Part shown: in pieces, positions 1 through 9,635 of the stretch | Layout of the letters: each line of letters begins with the position of its first letter | Numbering within the stretch: the stretch's first letter is position 1 | Position numbers and translations under genes: made by a program | Source of the DNA: Myxococcota bacterium | GTDB lineage: Bacteria; Myxococcota_A; UBA9160; UBA4427 | Direction of reading: 5' to 3' | DNA length: 64,000 nucleotides | Assembly (NCBI GenBank): GCA_041389445.1 | Contig: JAWKRW010000001.1 | Coordinates: forward strand, 970,686-1,034,685 | Notes under the pieces: generated by a model | Database searches by the model: none | What the model saw: the letters and a program-made list of their open reading frames with translations, nothing else | Told to the model about the DNA's origin: nothing

Positions 1-63
1 GGCAACGTCGGGTTCAAGGCGATGCTCGAGGAGCTGCGTGCCCGCGAGAAGGCCGGGCGCTAG
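1..63 (+). CDS. 3' end of an unidentified gene entering from upstream of the window
   Basis: Frame 1 is open from base 1 to TAG at 61-63 (...GNVGFKAMLEELRAREKAGR*). Twenty codons are too few to assign a family. Confidence 0.3.
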   Translation, partial: GNVGFKAMLEELRAREKAGR

Positions 64-113
64 CGCCCGCGCGTCCCCGCGACCCGTCGCCGCGCCCTGC
101 TAACCTGCCGCCC

Positions 114-2216
114 ATGCCGAAGCCCATCCGCGCGCGATCGCGCCTCTCGTGCCTCTCGACCGCCTCGTGCACGTTCCTGCTCTCGACCCTGCTCCTGTCG
201 GTCGCCTGCGACGACGGCCCGTCGTCCTCGGACGGCTCGCCGGCCGCGCGCGCCGCCGACGGTCCGACCGCCTCTGCCACGACGACGTCGGCCGGGGACG
301 ACTCGATTCGCAAGGCGAGTCGCGAGACGCCGAAGACCGCGCCGCGCCATCCGAGCGAGCGCCCGGTTCCGGCGTTCACGGGCGTGACCCTCGATGGCCA
401 GACGCTCGACGTCCGTTCGCTGCTCGGCGCGCGCAGCGTCCTCTTCTTCTTCAACCCCGAGATCGCCGAGGCGGCGCCGGTGGCGCGCGCCGTCGAGCGC
501 GTGGGCGCCCTCGGCGCCGACCACAACTTCAAGGTCGTCGGCGTCGGCATCGGCTCGACGAGCGCGAAGCTCGCCGGGTTCGTCGCCGACAACGGCTTGA
601 CCTTCCCCGTGATCGACGACTCCGGCGGTTCGATCACGCAGAAGCTCCAGCTGCGCGCCCCGCTCGGCATCCTCGGCGTCGATGCCGAGGGCTACATGAG
701 CTTCGTACTCGGTCATTTTCCGAAGGGCAGCGAGCTCGAGAAGCAGGTCGCGGCCGATCTGCGCGAGTCCCTGCGGATCGCGGACGCCTCGGCGACGGCG
801 AACGACGGCGCCCTCTTCCACTGGACAAAGGCCCCCTCGCTCGGCGTCGTGGCCATGTCGAACGGCGAGGTGCTCGAGACGAAGGCGCTCGCCGGCAGGC
901 CGGCGATCGTGATCTTCTTCCTCCATACCTGCCCGCATTGCCACAAGGCGCTGCAATCGATCAAGGAGACGCTCGCCGCCCTGCCCGAGACCGAGCGACC
1001 GCGGCTCGTCGCGATCTCGATCCAGAACGATCCGAGCGCGGTGCGCAGCGCGATGAAGGAGCACGGCCTCGACTTCTTCGACCCCTACCTCGATCCCGGC
1101 GGCAAGGCGGCGGACGCCTGGGGCATCACGGGCGGGGTCCCCGTGGTCCACGTGCTCGACGCCGAGGGACGCATCCGGCATCGCGGCGAGGGTTGGAACG
1201 GCGCGCGCGACGCGGGCATCCTGCGCATGAAGGTCGCGAAGCTCGCCGGCGCGCGTGTGCCGATGCTGCTCGACCCGACCGGCTACAGCGGCAACGACGT
1301 CTGCGGCGTCTGCCACGAGCTCGAGCAGGCGACCTGGCACTACACGAAGCACGCGAGCGCCTACGACACGCTCGTCGCCCACGGCGCCGACCGGCGGACC
1401 GACTGCGTCGGCTGCCACGTGGTCGGGTTCGAGCAGCCGGGCGGCTTCGATCTGCTCCGCCGTCCGCCCCACCTCGAGGGCGTGGGTTGCGAGTCCTGCC
1501 ACGGCCGCGGTGGCCCGCATCTCTCGCCCGACTTCGTGAAGGGCGACGACTACGCCAGGGTCTGCTCGAGCTGCCACAACCCGACCCACTCGCTCGGCTT
1601 CGACTACGCGACGTTCCATCCGCGCATCGCCCACGCGAAGCTGGCCTCGCTCTCGAACGAGGAGCGCGCCGCGCTCGGGACCGACGGCGGTGCGGAGCGC
1701 GAGCTGCTGCCGACGCGCGCGGCGTACGTCGGGTCCGAGGCCTGTCGGAGCTGTCATGCGAAGGAGTTCGAGACCTGGGCGGCGAGCCCGCACGCGCGCG
1801 CGGTGGCGACGCTCGAGCGGGCCGGCCAGCAGACCGAGGCGGACTGCCTGAGCTGCCATACCACCGCATGGGACAAGCCCGGCGGGTTCGCGCCCGGCAC
1901 GCCGGTCGCGTCGGCGCCCGACCTGGCCCGCGTCGGCTGCGAGTCGTGCCACGGTCCCGGCGGCGACCACGTCGGCGCGCGGGCGCCGCGCGTCGGCACG
2001 ATCCTCTCCCTCGGTGACAAATGCGATTCCTGCGTGATCCAGAAGGTCTGCGGCACCTGCCACGACAAGGCGAACGACCCCGGGTTCGAGTTCGCCGTCG
2101 AGCAGCGGATCGACGCACAACGCCATGGCACGATCGAATCCGCCGCCACGCGGGCCGAGCGCGCTGCCGAGACCGAGCCGGTCGCCGGTCAGGGCGAGCG
2201 CCCGGACGCCGGCTGA
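114..2216 (+). CDS. Lipoprotein: two TlpA/redoxin-type thioredoxin-fold domains fused to an octahaem c-type cytochrome domain
   Basis: ATG at 114. Signal peptide with lipobox LLLSVAC. Two redoxin-like segments: the first has no CxxC, the second keeps FFLHTCPHCHKAL. Eight CxxCH motifs (CGVCH, CVGCH, CESCH, CSSCH, CRSCH, CLSCH, CESCH, CGTCH), including two CESCHGxGGxH motifs of the c554/multihaem type. GC3-rich frame. Confidence 0.85.
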   Translation: MPKPIRARSRLSCLSTASCTFLLSTLLLSVACDDGPSSSDGSPAARAADGPTASATTTSAGDDSIRKASRETPKTAPRHPSERPVPAFTGVTLDGQTLDVRSLLGARSVLFFFNPEIAEAAPVARAVERVGALGADHNFKVVGVGIGSTSAKLAGFVADNGLTFPVIDDSGGSITQKLQLRAPLGILGVDAEGYMSFVLGHFPKGSELEKQVAADLRESLRIADASATANDGALFHWTKAPSLGVVAMSNGEVLETKALAGRPAIVIFFLHTCPHCHKALQSIKETLAALPETERPRLVAISIQNDPSAVRSAMKEHGLDFFDPYLDPGGKAADAWGITGGVPVVHVLDAEGRIRHRGEGWNGARDAGILRMKVAKLAGARVPMLLDPTGYSGNDVCGVCHELEQATWHYTKHASAYDTLVAHGADRRTDCVGCHVVGFEQPGGFDLLRRPPHLEGVGCESCHGRGGPHLSPDFVKGDDYARVCSSCHNPTHSLGFDYATFHPRIAHAKLASLSNEERAALGTDGGAERELLPTRAAYVGSEACRSCHAKEFETWAASPHARAVATLERAGQQTEADCLSCHTTAWDKPGGFAPGTPVASAPDLARVGCESCHGPGGDHVGARAPRVGTILSLGDKCDSCVIQKVCGTCHDKANDPGFEFAVEQRIDAQRHGTIESAATRAERAAETEPVAGQGERPDAG

Positions 2217-2222
2217 TTCGAG

Positions 2223-3092
2223 ATGGTGGACGGGGAGCACGAGGCGCGGGACTGGACCGACGAGGCGCGCGCGCTGGTCGCGTCGGCCGCCGCGCTCGTG
2301 CGGGAGCTCGCCGAGGAAGGCGTCGACGCCTTCACGCCGATCGCGAATCGCGCGCCCTTGCCCGAGCGCCGGGCGCGGCCCGAGGCGCCGCCCCGGCTCG
2401 CCCCGCCCACGCCGCCCACGCCGGTCACGGCGACCGCGCCCGTCACCCCGCCCACGCCCGTCGCCGCCCCCGCTCACGCCCCGGGCGGGCCGGCAGGCGC
2501 GCCCGGGCTCGCCGGACCGGCGGGCCGATCCGCGCGTCCGACGCTCGAGTCCGTGCGCGCCGAGCTCGGTGACTGCCGCCGCTGCGGTCTGTGCGAGGGG
2601 CGGCGGACGATCGTCTTCGGCGACGGCCATCCGGATGCGGACATCCTCTTCGTCGGCGAGGGCCCCGGCGAGCAGGAGGATCGAACCGGACTGCCCTTCG
2701 TCGGCCGCGCGGGCGAGCTGCTCACGCAGATGATCGAGAAGGGCATGGGCATCGCGCGCAGCGACGTGTACATCTGCAACATCGTGAAGTGCCGGCCGCC
2801 GGGCAACCGCAACCCGCTTCCGCCCGAGGTCTCGGCCTGCCGCCCCTTCCTCGACGGACAGATCGAGGCGGTCGCGCCGAAGGTGATCGTGACGCTCGGC
2901 AAGCCCGCCGCGAGCCTGCTGCTCGACCGCGAGATCGCGATCACCCGGGTGCGCGGGACCTGGCAGTCCTACCGCGGCATCCCGCTGATGCCGACGCTCC
3001 ATCCCGCCTTCGTCCTCAGGCAGTACACGCCCGAGAATCGCCGCGCCGTCTGGCAGGATCTCCAGGCCGCCCTCGAACGGAGCCGCGCATGA
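2223..3092 (+). CDS. Uracil-DNA glycosylase, family 4
   Basis: Motifs GDCRRCGLC, ILFVGEGPGEQED, GLPFVGRAG, YICNIVKCRPPGNRNP and HPAFVLRQ. Pro/Ala-rich N-terminal extension. The stop overlaps the aroE start (ATGA). Confidence 0.9.
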   Translation: MVDGEHEARDWTDEARALVASAAALVRELAEEGVDAFTPIANRAPLPERRARPEAPPRLAPPTPPTPVTATAPVTPPTPVAAPAHAPGGPAGAPGLAGPAGRSARPTLESVRAELGDCRRCGLCEGRRTIVFGDGHPDADILFVGEGPGEQEDRTGLPFVGRAGELLTQMIEKGMGIARSDVYICNIVKCRPPGNRNPLPPEVSACRPFLDGQIEAVAPKVIVTLGKPAASLLLDREIAITRVRGTWQSYRGIPLMPTLHPAFVLRQYTPENRRAVWQDLQAALERSRA

Positions 3093-3994
3093 GCGCAGGC
3101 GACGCCGGCGACGCGCGCGAGCGTCCCCCGAGCGCGGGCGCCGCGCGCGTCGGCCGCCCGATCGAATGCGGGGTGATCCTCCATCCCGCCGGCCACACGC
3201 GCTCCCCCGCGATGCACAACGCGGCCTATCGCGCGCTCCGCCTCGACGCCGTCTACCACGCCTGGGACGTGCCACCTTCCGGGCTCGCAGCCGCCGTCGC
3301 CGGGTTCCGTCGGCGGGAAGTGCGTCAGATCTCCGTCTCGATCCCGCACAAGGAGGCGATGCTCGCGCTGGTCGACGAGCTCGAGCCTGTCGTACAGGCC
3401 ATCGGCGCCCTCAATACGGTCCTGCACGAGGGCGATCGGCTGATCGGGACCAACACGGATTGGATCGGCGCCCTCGCCGCCCTCGAGCGGATCGAGCCCG
3501 TGAAGGGCCAGCGCGCCGCGGTGCTCGGCGCCGGCGGAACGGCGCGCGCGGTGGTCCACGCCCTGCGACAGCGGGGCTGCGAGGTCTTCGTGCTGAACCG
3601 CACGCGCGAGCGGGCGCAGGCGCTCGTGCGCGCGCTCGGCGGCGCGGGTGCCTGCGCGCTCGACGCGCTCGCCGGGCTCGCGCCGTCGATCGTCGTGAAC
3701 ACGACCAGCGTCGGGATGAACGAATGGCGCTCTCCGGTCGCGCCCGAGGCGTTCCGCGACGGCATGGTCGTGCTCGACGCGGTGTACGCGCCCGAGCGGA
3801 CGCGGCTGCTCGCAGAGGCCGAGGCCCGCGGCGCGCGCGTCGTCGGGGGAAAGTGGATGCTCGTGCATCAGGCGGTCGAGCAGCTCCGGCGCTGGACGGC
3901 GCGTCTGCCCTCGCCCCCGTCGGCCGAAGCGATGGCAGGCGTCGTCGACGTCATGGCCGAGGCCTTCGACGCCGTCGGCCGGGACACGGCCTGA
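3089..3994 (+). CDS. aroE: Shikimate dehydrogenase
   Basis: ATG at 3089 is in frame within the 2591..3994 ORF and overlaps the UDG stop. Motifs GHTRSPAMHNAAY, SVSIPHK, NTDWIG and GAGGTARAV (NADP Rossmann). Confidence 0.85.
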   Translation: MSAGDAGDARERPPSAGAARVGRPIECGVILHPAGHTRSPAMHNAAYRALRLDAVYHAWDVPPSGLAAAVAGFRRREVRQISVSIPHKEAMLALVDELEPVVQAIGALNTVLHEGDRLIGTNTDWIGALAALERIEPVKGQRAAVLGAGGTARAVVHALRQRGCEVFVLNRTRERAQALVRALGGAGACALDALAGLAPSIVVNTTSVGMNEWRSPVAPEAFRDGMVVLDAVYAPERTRLLAEAEARGARVVGGKWMLVHQAVEQLRRWTARLPSPPSAEAMAGVVDVMAEAFDAVGRDTA

Positions 3995-4149
3995 ATCGCG
4001 CGCATCGTGTCACCCGGCCGCAGGGCGCGGGCGTCGAACCGGGCCGCAGCCCCGGCCCGGGGACCGATGCGTCGACCCGAGCGTCGACGCAAAGACGACG
4101 GGCCCGGAGCCGCACTCCAGGCCCGATCGATCAAGCTCCGTGGCCCGAC

Positions 4150-4177
4150 CCGGGCCGGACGGACTCCGTCGGCCCGG
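4150..4177. terminator. GC-rich hairpin between convergent aroE and ferredoxin genes (terminator-like, no U-tract)
   Basis: ccgggccg(g)acgg-act-ccgtcggcccgg forms a 12-bp stem with one bulged G and a 3-nt loop. It lies 19 nt beyond the fdxA stop. No T/U run on either strand. Confidence 0.3.
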
Positions 4178-4195
4178 TCGGTTCCCGGTCGGGAC

Positions 4196-4552
4196 TCAGC
4201 CCGTGTAGCCCCACTTCGTCTTGTTCGCGGCGATCTTGTCGGCGCTCGGGACCTCGACCTCGACGCGCTCCGGCACCTCGAAGTCGTCGCGCTCGTCGAC
4301 GATCTTGGCGTTCAGCGCGACGTCCTCCTGGAAGACCGCCGGGACCTGCTCGTCCTCGAAGATCGCCTCCCAGGGACACTCGGGCTCGCACACGCCGCAG
4401 TTGATGCACTCTTCGGGATCGATGAAGAGCTGGTTCGGATAGCCGGCGGCGTCGCCCTTGTCCTTGTGCTGGACGATGCAGTCGACGGGGCAGACCTCGA
4501 CGCAAGCCATATCCAGACAGTCTCGACACAAGCGGGTGATCACCCAGGCCAT
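4196..4552 (-). CDS. fdxA: 7Fe-type ferredoxin (3Fe-4S / 4Fe-4S)
   Basis: Internal ATG at 4552 ([25 protein letters not shown]...[12 protein letters not shown]) preceded by GGAAGAGAGGAAG. Upstream part of the 246-aa ORF is Arg-rich and implausible. Confidence 0.85.
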   Translation of the reverse strand: MAWVITRLCRDCLDMACVEVCPVDCIVQHKDKGDAAGYPNQLFIDPEECINCGVCEPECPWEAIFEDEQVPAVFQEDVALNAKIVDERDDFEVPERVEVEVPSADKIAANKTKWGYTG

Positions 4553-4710
4553 TCGAACTTCCTCTCTTCCTTGGTTCGGTCCGAGGAGTCTCGACTCCCT
4601 CGGGCGCGTGCGCATGCGGACGACCGGCTCGTTCGCCTCCGGCTCGCAACGCAACCACGCGGCGAACGGACCGCCGATCCGGCGACCGCGGCGCGCTTCG
4701 AGCCGGACTT

Positions 4711-4878
4711 CTACTTGAGCTTGGTCTCTTTGTAGACCACGTGCTTGCGCACGACGGGATCGTACTTCTTGAGCTCGAGCTTGTTCGGCGTGTTCGTCCG
4801 GTTCTTCGAGGTCGTATAGAAGTGACCGGTCCCTGCCGAGGACTCGAGCTTGATCTTCTCTCGCTTGCTCTTGGCCAT
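4711..4878 (-). CDS. rpmG: 50S ribosomal protein L33
   Basis: Not in the ORF track (55 aa). Hand translation: [55 protein letters not shown], the classic L33 sequence pattern. Confidence 0.85.
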   Translation of the reverse strand: MAKSKREKIKLESSAGTGHFYTTSKNRTNTPNKLELKKYDPVVRKHVVYKETKLK

Positions 4879-5008
4879 TGTCCTGCCGTGTCGTCTTTCG
4901 CGGGTGTCGCCGGGATCGCCGGCGGACCGGCATCACGGGCTTCGTTGGATGCGCGCCCTCGTCCCGGCGCGCCTCAGCGGTTGAGTCTGTCGAACCCCGA
5001 CCGCTCGT

Positions 5009-5344
5009 TCAAGCGCTCGCGGGCTCCGGCACGAGTCCGCCGCCGCGGACGAACACGCGCACGCGCCTGCCGTCGCGCGTCTCGAATCGGACCCGCGAGG
5101 GCTTGTTGTCCGCCGGATTCACGAGCATCACGTTCGACGCATCGACGAAGCCTTCGCTCGACACGATGCCGCCTTCGCGCGCCGCGCTGCGCCCCGGCTT
5201 CAGGTGGCGAGTCTGGACGCGCACGCCCTCGACGCGAACGCGACCCTTCTGGAGGTCGACGGCGATCACGCGCCCCTGGACGCCCTTGGCCGAGCCGGCC
5301 CCGCTCACGACCTGCACCAGGTCGCCCTTGCGAATCTTCTGCAT
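5009..5344 (-). CDS. rplX: 50S ribosomal protein L24 (KOW domain)
   Basis: MQKIRKGDLVQVVSGAGSAKG (KOW) and GGIVSSEGFVDASNVMLVNPADNKPSRVRFE align by eye with E. coli L24 (GGIVEKEAAIQVSNVAIFN...RVGFRFE). GGAGG lies 9 nt upstream of the ATG. Confidence 0.8.
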   Translation of the reverse strand: MQKIRKGDLVQVVSGAGSAKGVQGRVIAVDLQKGRVRVEGVRVQTRHLKPGRSAAREGGIVSSEGFVDASNVMLVNPADNKPSRVRFETRDGRRVRVFVRGGGLVPEPASA

Positions 5345-5634
5345 TGGATCCTGCCTCCGGCCGGGCCGGTGTGGGGAGGGCGTATGTATCCGCTAGACAA
5401 GGGCTTTCGTCAAGGACCCGACCCGCGAAACTGACCCGCTCGGCGGGCGCGCCGATCGAAGCGGCGCGCCCGCCGAGATCGATCGGCCGTCCCGGGCGGC
5501 GGGGACGCCTGCGGTAAGCTCGCGCCCCGCTCGCGCCGGCCGCTCCGGGTCGACCGGTCGGCGATCCCGCCGTCCGAGCGGCGCGCACACGCAGGCGGAC
5601 CGATCACGCCACCGGCCACCAGGGGGGAGGATCC

Positions 5635-7197
5635 ATGCGCAGGATCGTGATCGGACTCGTCGCGCTGGGACTCGCATTCGCCGCCGCCTGCCACTGGCTG
5701 CTGCCGGAGGGCCTCGTGGTGCGGGGGCCGGTGCTCAACTCGATCACGGGGCGCAGCATCGACGCCCCCGCACCCGAGACCGTCGAGCGGCGCTTCGCCG
5801 TCGCCGCAGGGCATCGCGTCGCGCTCTTCGCCGAGGGCATCCAGAATGCGCGCGTCCTGCGTTTCAGCCCGGGCGGCAGCCTGGTCGTGAGCCAGCCCCG
5901 GCTCGGGCGGCTGCTGCGGATCGACGCCGATCGGGACGGCGATGGTCGCGCCGACGGCCGTCAGGTGCTGCTCGAGGGACTCGACCGTCCCCATGGCTTC
6001 GACTTCGCCGGAGGCATGCTCTACGTCGCGGAAGGGGGCGCGATCGCGCGCGTCGCCTTCGAGGAGACCGGCCCTGGGACGCTCCGCACCCGCGGCGAGC
6101 CGACGCGCATCGTGCGCGGGCTGCCCGAAGGCGAGAACCACTGGACGCGGACGCTGCGGATCGGACCCGACGAGCGGATCTATCTGACGGTCGGCTCCTC
6201 GTGCAACGTCTGCATCGAGAAGGATCCGCGGCGGGCCGCGATGCTGCGCTACGCGCTCGACGGCTCCGGCGAGGAGATCTACGCCTCGGGCCTGCGCAAT
6301 GCCGTCGGCTTCGACTGGCGACCCGGAACGGACGAGCTCTACGCCACCGACAACGGGCGCGACCTGCTGGGCGACGACATCCCGCCCTGCGAGCTCGACC
6401 GAATCGAGCGGGGCGGCTTCTACGGCTGGCCCTACGCCTGGGGGATGAATCAGCCCGACCCGACCTACGGCGCGGGTCAGCCGGCCCGCATCCGCGGCTC
6501 GCTGCCGCCGGTCCACGCCTTCGGCGCTCATCAGGCTCCGCTCGGTCTCACCTTCCTGCGCCATCCGAGCCAGCCGGCCGCGCTGCGCGGTGCGGCGCTC
6601 GTCGCGCTGCACGGCTCCTGGAATCGCTCCGCGCTCTCGGGCTACAAGGTCGTCTCGCTCCATTGGGACGAGGCGGGCGCGATCACGCAACGGGACTTCC
6701 TGACGGGCTTCCTCGAGGGCGACGACGTCATCGGCCGCCCGGTCGACGTCGCCGAGGGGCCGGACGGGACGCTCTACGTCAGCGACGACTACGCGGGCGC
6801 CGTATACCGCGTCACGCGCGCCGACGCGGCGGACGTCACCCGCCCCCGCGCCGGCTCGACCGCCGCGAAGCAACCGATGCCGCGCGCCGTCGATGATCCG
6901 CTCGCCGGACTCGACGTCGACGCGCGGGCGGCGCTGGTGGCACGGGGCGCGACGCTCTTCGCCGAGGGCGACTGCGGCGGCTGTCATGTCGCGGCGCGGG
7001 CGCTGCCGGGCGTCGTCGTCAAGCCGATCTCGGATCTCGTGCCGCGCTACACGCTGGCGAGCCTCACCGCCTTCCTCGCCGCCCCACAGCCGCCGATGCC
7101 CGTCGTCGACCGGCCCGAGGCGGACCGGCGGGCCCTCGCGGCCTTCCTGCTCGAGCGCGATGCGCGGGCGCGACGCGAGGCCGCACCGCCGCGCTGA
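5635..7197 (+). CDS. PQQ-dependent (soluble glucose/sorbosone dehydrogenase-type) beta-propeller oxidoreductase with C-terminal cytochrome c domain
   Basis: GGGGGGAGG RBS. N-terminal hydrophobic anchor IVIGLVALGLAFAAAC. Propeller motifs YATDNGRDLLGDDIPPCELDRIERGGFYGWPY and HGSWNRS. C-terminal haem site EGDCGGCHV. Confidence 0.8.
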   Translation: MRRIVIGLVALGLAFAAACHWLLPEGLVVRGPVLNSITGRSIDAPAPETVERRFAVAAGHRVALFAEGIQNARVLRFSPGGSLVVSQPRLGRLLRIDADRDGDGRADGRQVLLEGLDRPHGFDFAGGMLYVAEGGAIARVAFEETGPGTLRTRGEPTRIVRGLPEGENHWTRTLRIGPDERIYLTVGSSCNVCIEKDPRRAAMLRYALDGSGEEIYASGLRNAVGFDWRPGTDELYATDNGRDLLGDDIPPCELDRIERGGFYGWPYAWGMNQPDPTYGAGQPARIRGSLPPVHAFGAHQAPLGLTFLRHPSQPAALRGAALVALHGSWNRSALSGYKVVSLHWDEAGAITQRDFLTGFLEGDDVIGRPVDVAEGPDGTLYVSDDYAGAVYRVTRADAADVTRPRAGSTAAKQPMPRAVDDPLAGLDVDARAALVARGATLFAEGDCGGCHVAARALPGVVVKPISDLVPRYTLASLTAFLAAPQPPMPVVDRPEADRRALAAFLLERDARARREAAPPR

Positions 7198-7216
7198 TTC
7201 CGCCGCGCGCCCGGCG

Positions 7217-8320
7217 TCAGCGGTGGCGGTGGGTCAGGACGCCGTCGGCGCGGCGGCGCGTCACGACGAGACCGTCCTCCTCCAGGCAGTCGAGCGCACC
7301 GATCACGAGCGAGAGCTGCGATCGGATGCGTTCCAGCGACTCGTCGGGCGGGAAGAGCGCCGTGCGGAGCTCGAAGGCGGTGACCTCCTGATTCAGCGCG
7401 ACCAGGCTTCGGAGGCTCCGCTCGATCCGCTGCAGTCGGACGTCGTAATAGAGGAGCGTGTCGCGGATCGTGCGATCGGCGCGTCGGACGAGACCGCCGA
7501 ATCCGGGCAGCAGCCAGCGATCGCTGCGGTTGCGCAGACGGCGCAGACTGCGGCGCAGCTCGACCAGTCCCTTGAAGCGCGGTCGCCGACGGGCGGGATC
7601 GGCGGGATCGGGGATCGGAGAGGAATGGAAGGTCTCGGCGCGCGGCACGACCTGCGCCATCACCTGGTCGCCCGTAAACAGGAGGCCCGCCTCCTCGTCC
7701 TCGAGCAGCAGATGGCCCGGCGTATGACCGGGGCTGTGGATCACCCTGAACGCGAAGCCCTTCCACTCGACGCGGTCGTCCTCGCGCAGCGCGCGATCGA
7801 CCCGCGTCGCACGCGCCTCGGCCAGATTCTGATCCAGATCGTGGAAGCGATCGCGCTCGATGCGCGCGAGGACCGCAGACGAGGCGCCCGCCTCCCGGAA
7901 CAGCTCGAACACGTCCTCGAGCCGCGACCGCACGACCTGCTCGAAGTCCTCGACCATCGGGGCATCCGCCTCGTGCACCCAGCACTCGAGGCGCGCCCCG
8001 CGCTCGCGCAGCGTCTGGACGAGACCGAAGTGGTCCCGGTGGCCGTGCGTCAGCACGACGCGCTCGATGTCGACCACGCCGTAGCCGAGCTCGTCGAGCG
8101 CCGATTCGAGCGCGGCCTGGCTCGCCCGCGTCTGCACGCCGGTATCGATCAACGTCAACGGGTCGCCCTCGACGAGATAGACCTGCATCGAGTCGAGCTC
8201 CCAACCGAGCGGAAGGGAGATGAGATGGATCTGCGGTCGTTCCGGAATCGGGCTGCGGAGGAGCGCACGACCTGCGGAGGGACCGGTTCCGGCTCGCTGT
8301 CGAGTCCAGACCTGCGGCAT
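7217..8320 (-). CDS. MBL-fold metallo-hydrolase with C-terminal winged-helix-like domain
   Basis: Start moved to the ATG at 8320 (MPQVW...). Motifs YLVEGDPLTLIDTGV, LTHGHRDHFG and HSPGHTPGH. The C-terminal ~90 aa looks like the beta-lactamase-associated winged helix. Confidence 0.85.
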   Translation of the reverse strand: MPQVWTRQRAGTGPSAGRALLRSPIPERPQIHLISLPLGWELDSMQVYLVEGDPLTLIDTGVQTRASQAALESALDELGYGVVDIERVVLTHGHRDHFGLVQTLRERGARLECWVHEADAPMVEDFEQVVRSRLEDVFELFREAGASSAVLARIERDRFHDLDQNLAEARATRVDRALREDDRVEWKGFAFRVIHSPGHTPGHLLLEDEEAGLLFTGDQVMAQVVPRAETFHSSPIPDPADPARRRPRFKGLVELRRSLRRLRNRSDRWLLPGFGGLVRRADRTIRDTLLYYDVRLQRIERSLRSLVALNQEVTAFELRTALFPPDESLERIRSQLSLVIGALDCLEEDGLVVTRRRADGVLTHRHR

Positions 8321-8588
8321 GGTGCGAGCATAGCGACGACCGACCGCGAGCGTCGACGCGGGTCGCCCGCCTCCGACTCGCGGCGCCACCCGGGGCGACG
8401 GCGCCAGGGCTGCCTTCCGGTTGCATGTCGCCGATCCCATGCCAGTCTCTCTCGCGATGACGCCCCGCCTCCCCCGCCGAAGCGTCCCCCGCCGATCCGA
8501 CGCCGCCCCGAAGCCGATCGGCCGCGCGCGCACGCACGCAGGATCGCGCGCGGCCCCGTCGTGGCCCGGGCTCCGATTCGCGGGTCGA

Positions 8589-9437
8589 ATGTTATGCAGC
8601 AGCCTGATCCTCCTGGCCGGGGCGGCCCAAGCGGAGTCCGAGATCCAGCTGCCCTCCCTCGTCGGTCCGCCGGAGCTCGCGGCGACGACCTACGACCCCG
8701 ATGGCCACGCCGTCGGTCGATCGCGGTTCGCGATCGAGAACCTGGCACAAGGGCTGCGCCGCCTGACGGTCGAGATGGGCATCGCGTCGGGTGGCCTCAA
8801 CCACTCCGAGGTCACCCTCGCCCCCGTCTCGTCGGGCCCGCCCGGCGACGCGGGCGCGGATCGCGCGAAGGGAACCGTCGGCGAACGGCTTCGGATCCTC
8901 GAGGAGCGGTCGCAGTCGACGGCCGCCGACGGCCGGCGGCTCGACCTGCTGGTGGTCGACCACGTCGCTGGCCGCGCGAGCTGCATTCCCGACGAGGGCG
9001 GACTGGCCCGGGCGCGGCACGTCGACCTGCCCGATCAGGATCGGGTCGTGAACGTGCCGATGCAGCTGCTCTTCCAGCCCCTGGTCACCGGGGAGGTCGA
9101 CGAGGTCCGCTTCCAGATCGTGCTCTGTACCGGCGGGCCGCGGCTGCAGAACATGATCGCCGTGCGCGGCCCGCGCTTCAGCCGGGACGGCCGAGAGATC
9201 CAGGAAATCCGCTACGGACCGGACTTCGGCAAGACCGTTGCGTTCTTCGCCAGCCGGCTGCTGCCCTCCCTCTCGTTCTGGTTCGACGCCCGGGACGGCG
9301 CCTACCTCGGTCATCGCATGCCGCTGCACGGCAATGGCCCCGACGTGGTGCTCGTTCGCTCGGGCCTCTCGATGGAAGACCTGGGATTCGAATCGCGCGC
9401 CGAGCGTCAGCGTCCCTCGCCCGACCGGGGCCGGTGA
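8589..9437 (+). CDS. Hypothetical secreted protein
   Basis: ATG at 8589 gives the signal peptide MLCSSLILLAGAAQA|ESE. Strong GC3 bias in this frame. No family recognised. Confidence 0.6.
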   Translation: MLCSSLILLAGAAQAESEIQLPSLVGPPELAATTYDPDGHAVGRSRFAIENLAQGLRRLTVEMGIASGGLNHSEVTLAPVSSGPPGDAGADRAKGTVGERLRILEERSQSTAADGRRLDLLVVDHVAGRASCIPDEGGLARARHVDLPDQDRVVNVPMQLLFQPLVTGEVDEVRFQIVLCTGGPRLQNMIAVRGPRFSRDGREIQEIRYGPDFGKTVAFFASRLLPSLSFWFDARDGAYLGHRMPLHGNGPDVVLVRSGLSMEDLGFESRAERQRPSPDRGR

Positions 9438-9635
9438 ATGAAACCCCGCCGACCGTGAACCATTTCTTCGCTCGCGTGTCGATGATCACAGAACGGCGAA
9501 ACGAAGCCGACGAAGCTCCGCGCAGCGAAGCTCTCGGCGCTCGTCGGTCGGCCCACCGCCCGATCGGCCTTTTCGACCCGCACGGGCGAAGGGGCCAACG
9601 AGCGAGCGACGCGCGCGAACGACGCAGGAATGAGA

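Noticed and set aside
60-3275. 1071-aa ORF on the minus strand
   Set aside because: It runs antisense through three well-supported plus-strand genes (Trx-multihaem lipoprotein, UDG, aroE). The translation is Arg/Gly/Ala-rich low complexity. This is a typical high-GC antisense artefact.
5383-5413. Possible promoter for the L24 gene (minus strand TTGACG, 19 nt, TACATA) in a locally AT-richer patch
   Set aside because: The 19-nt spacer and a 3/6 match at -10 are too weak to call as a feature.
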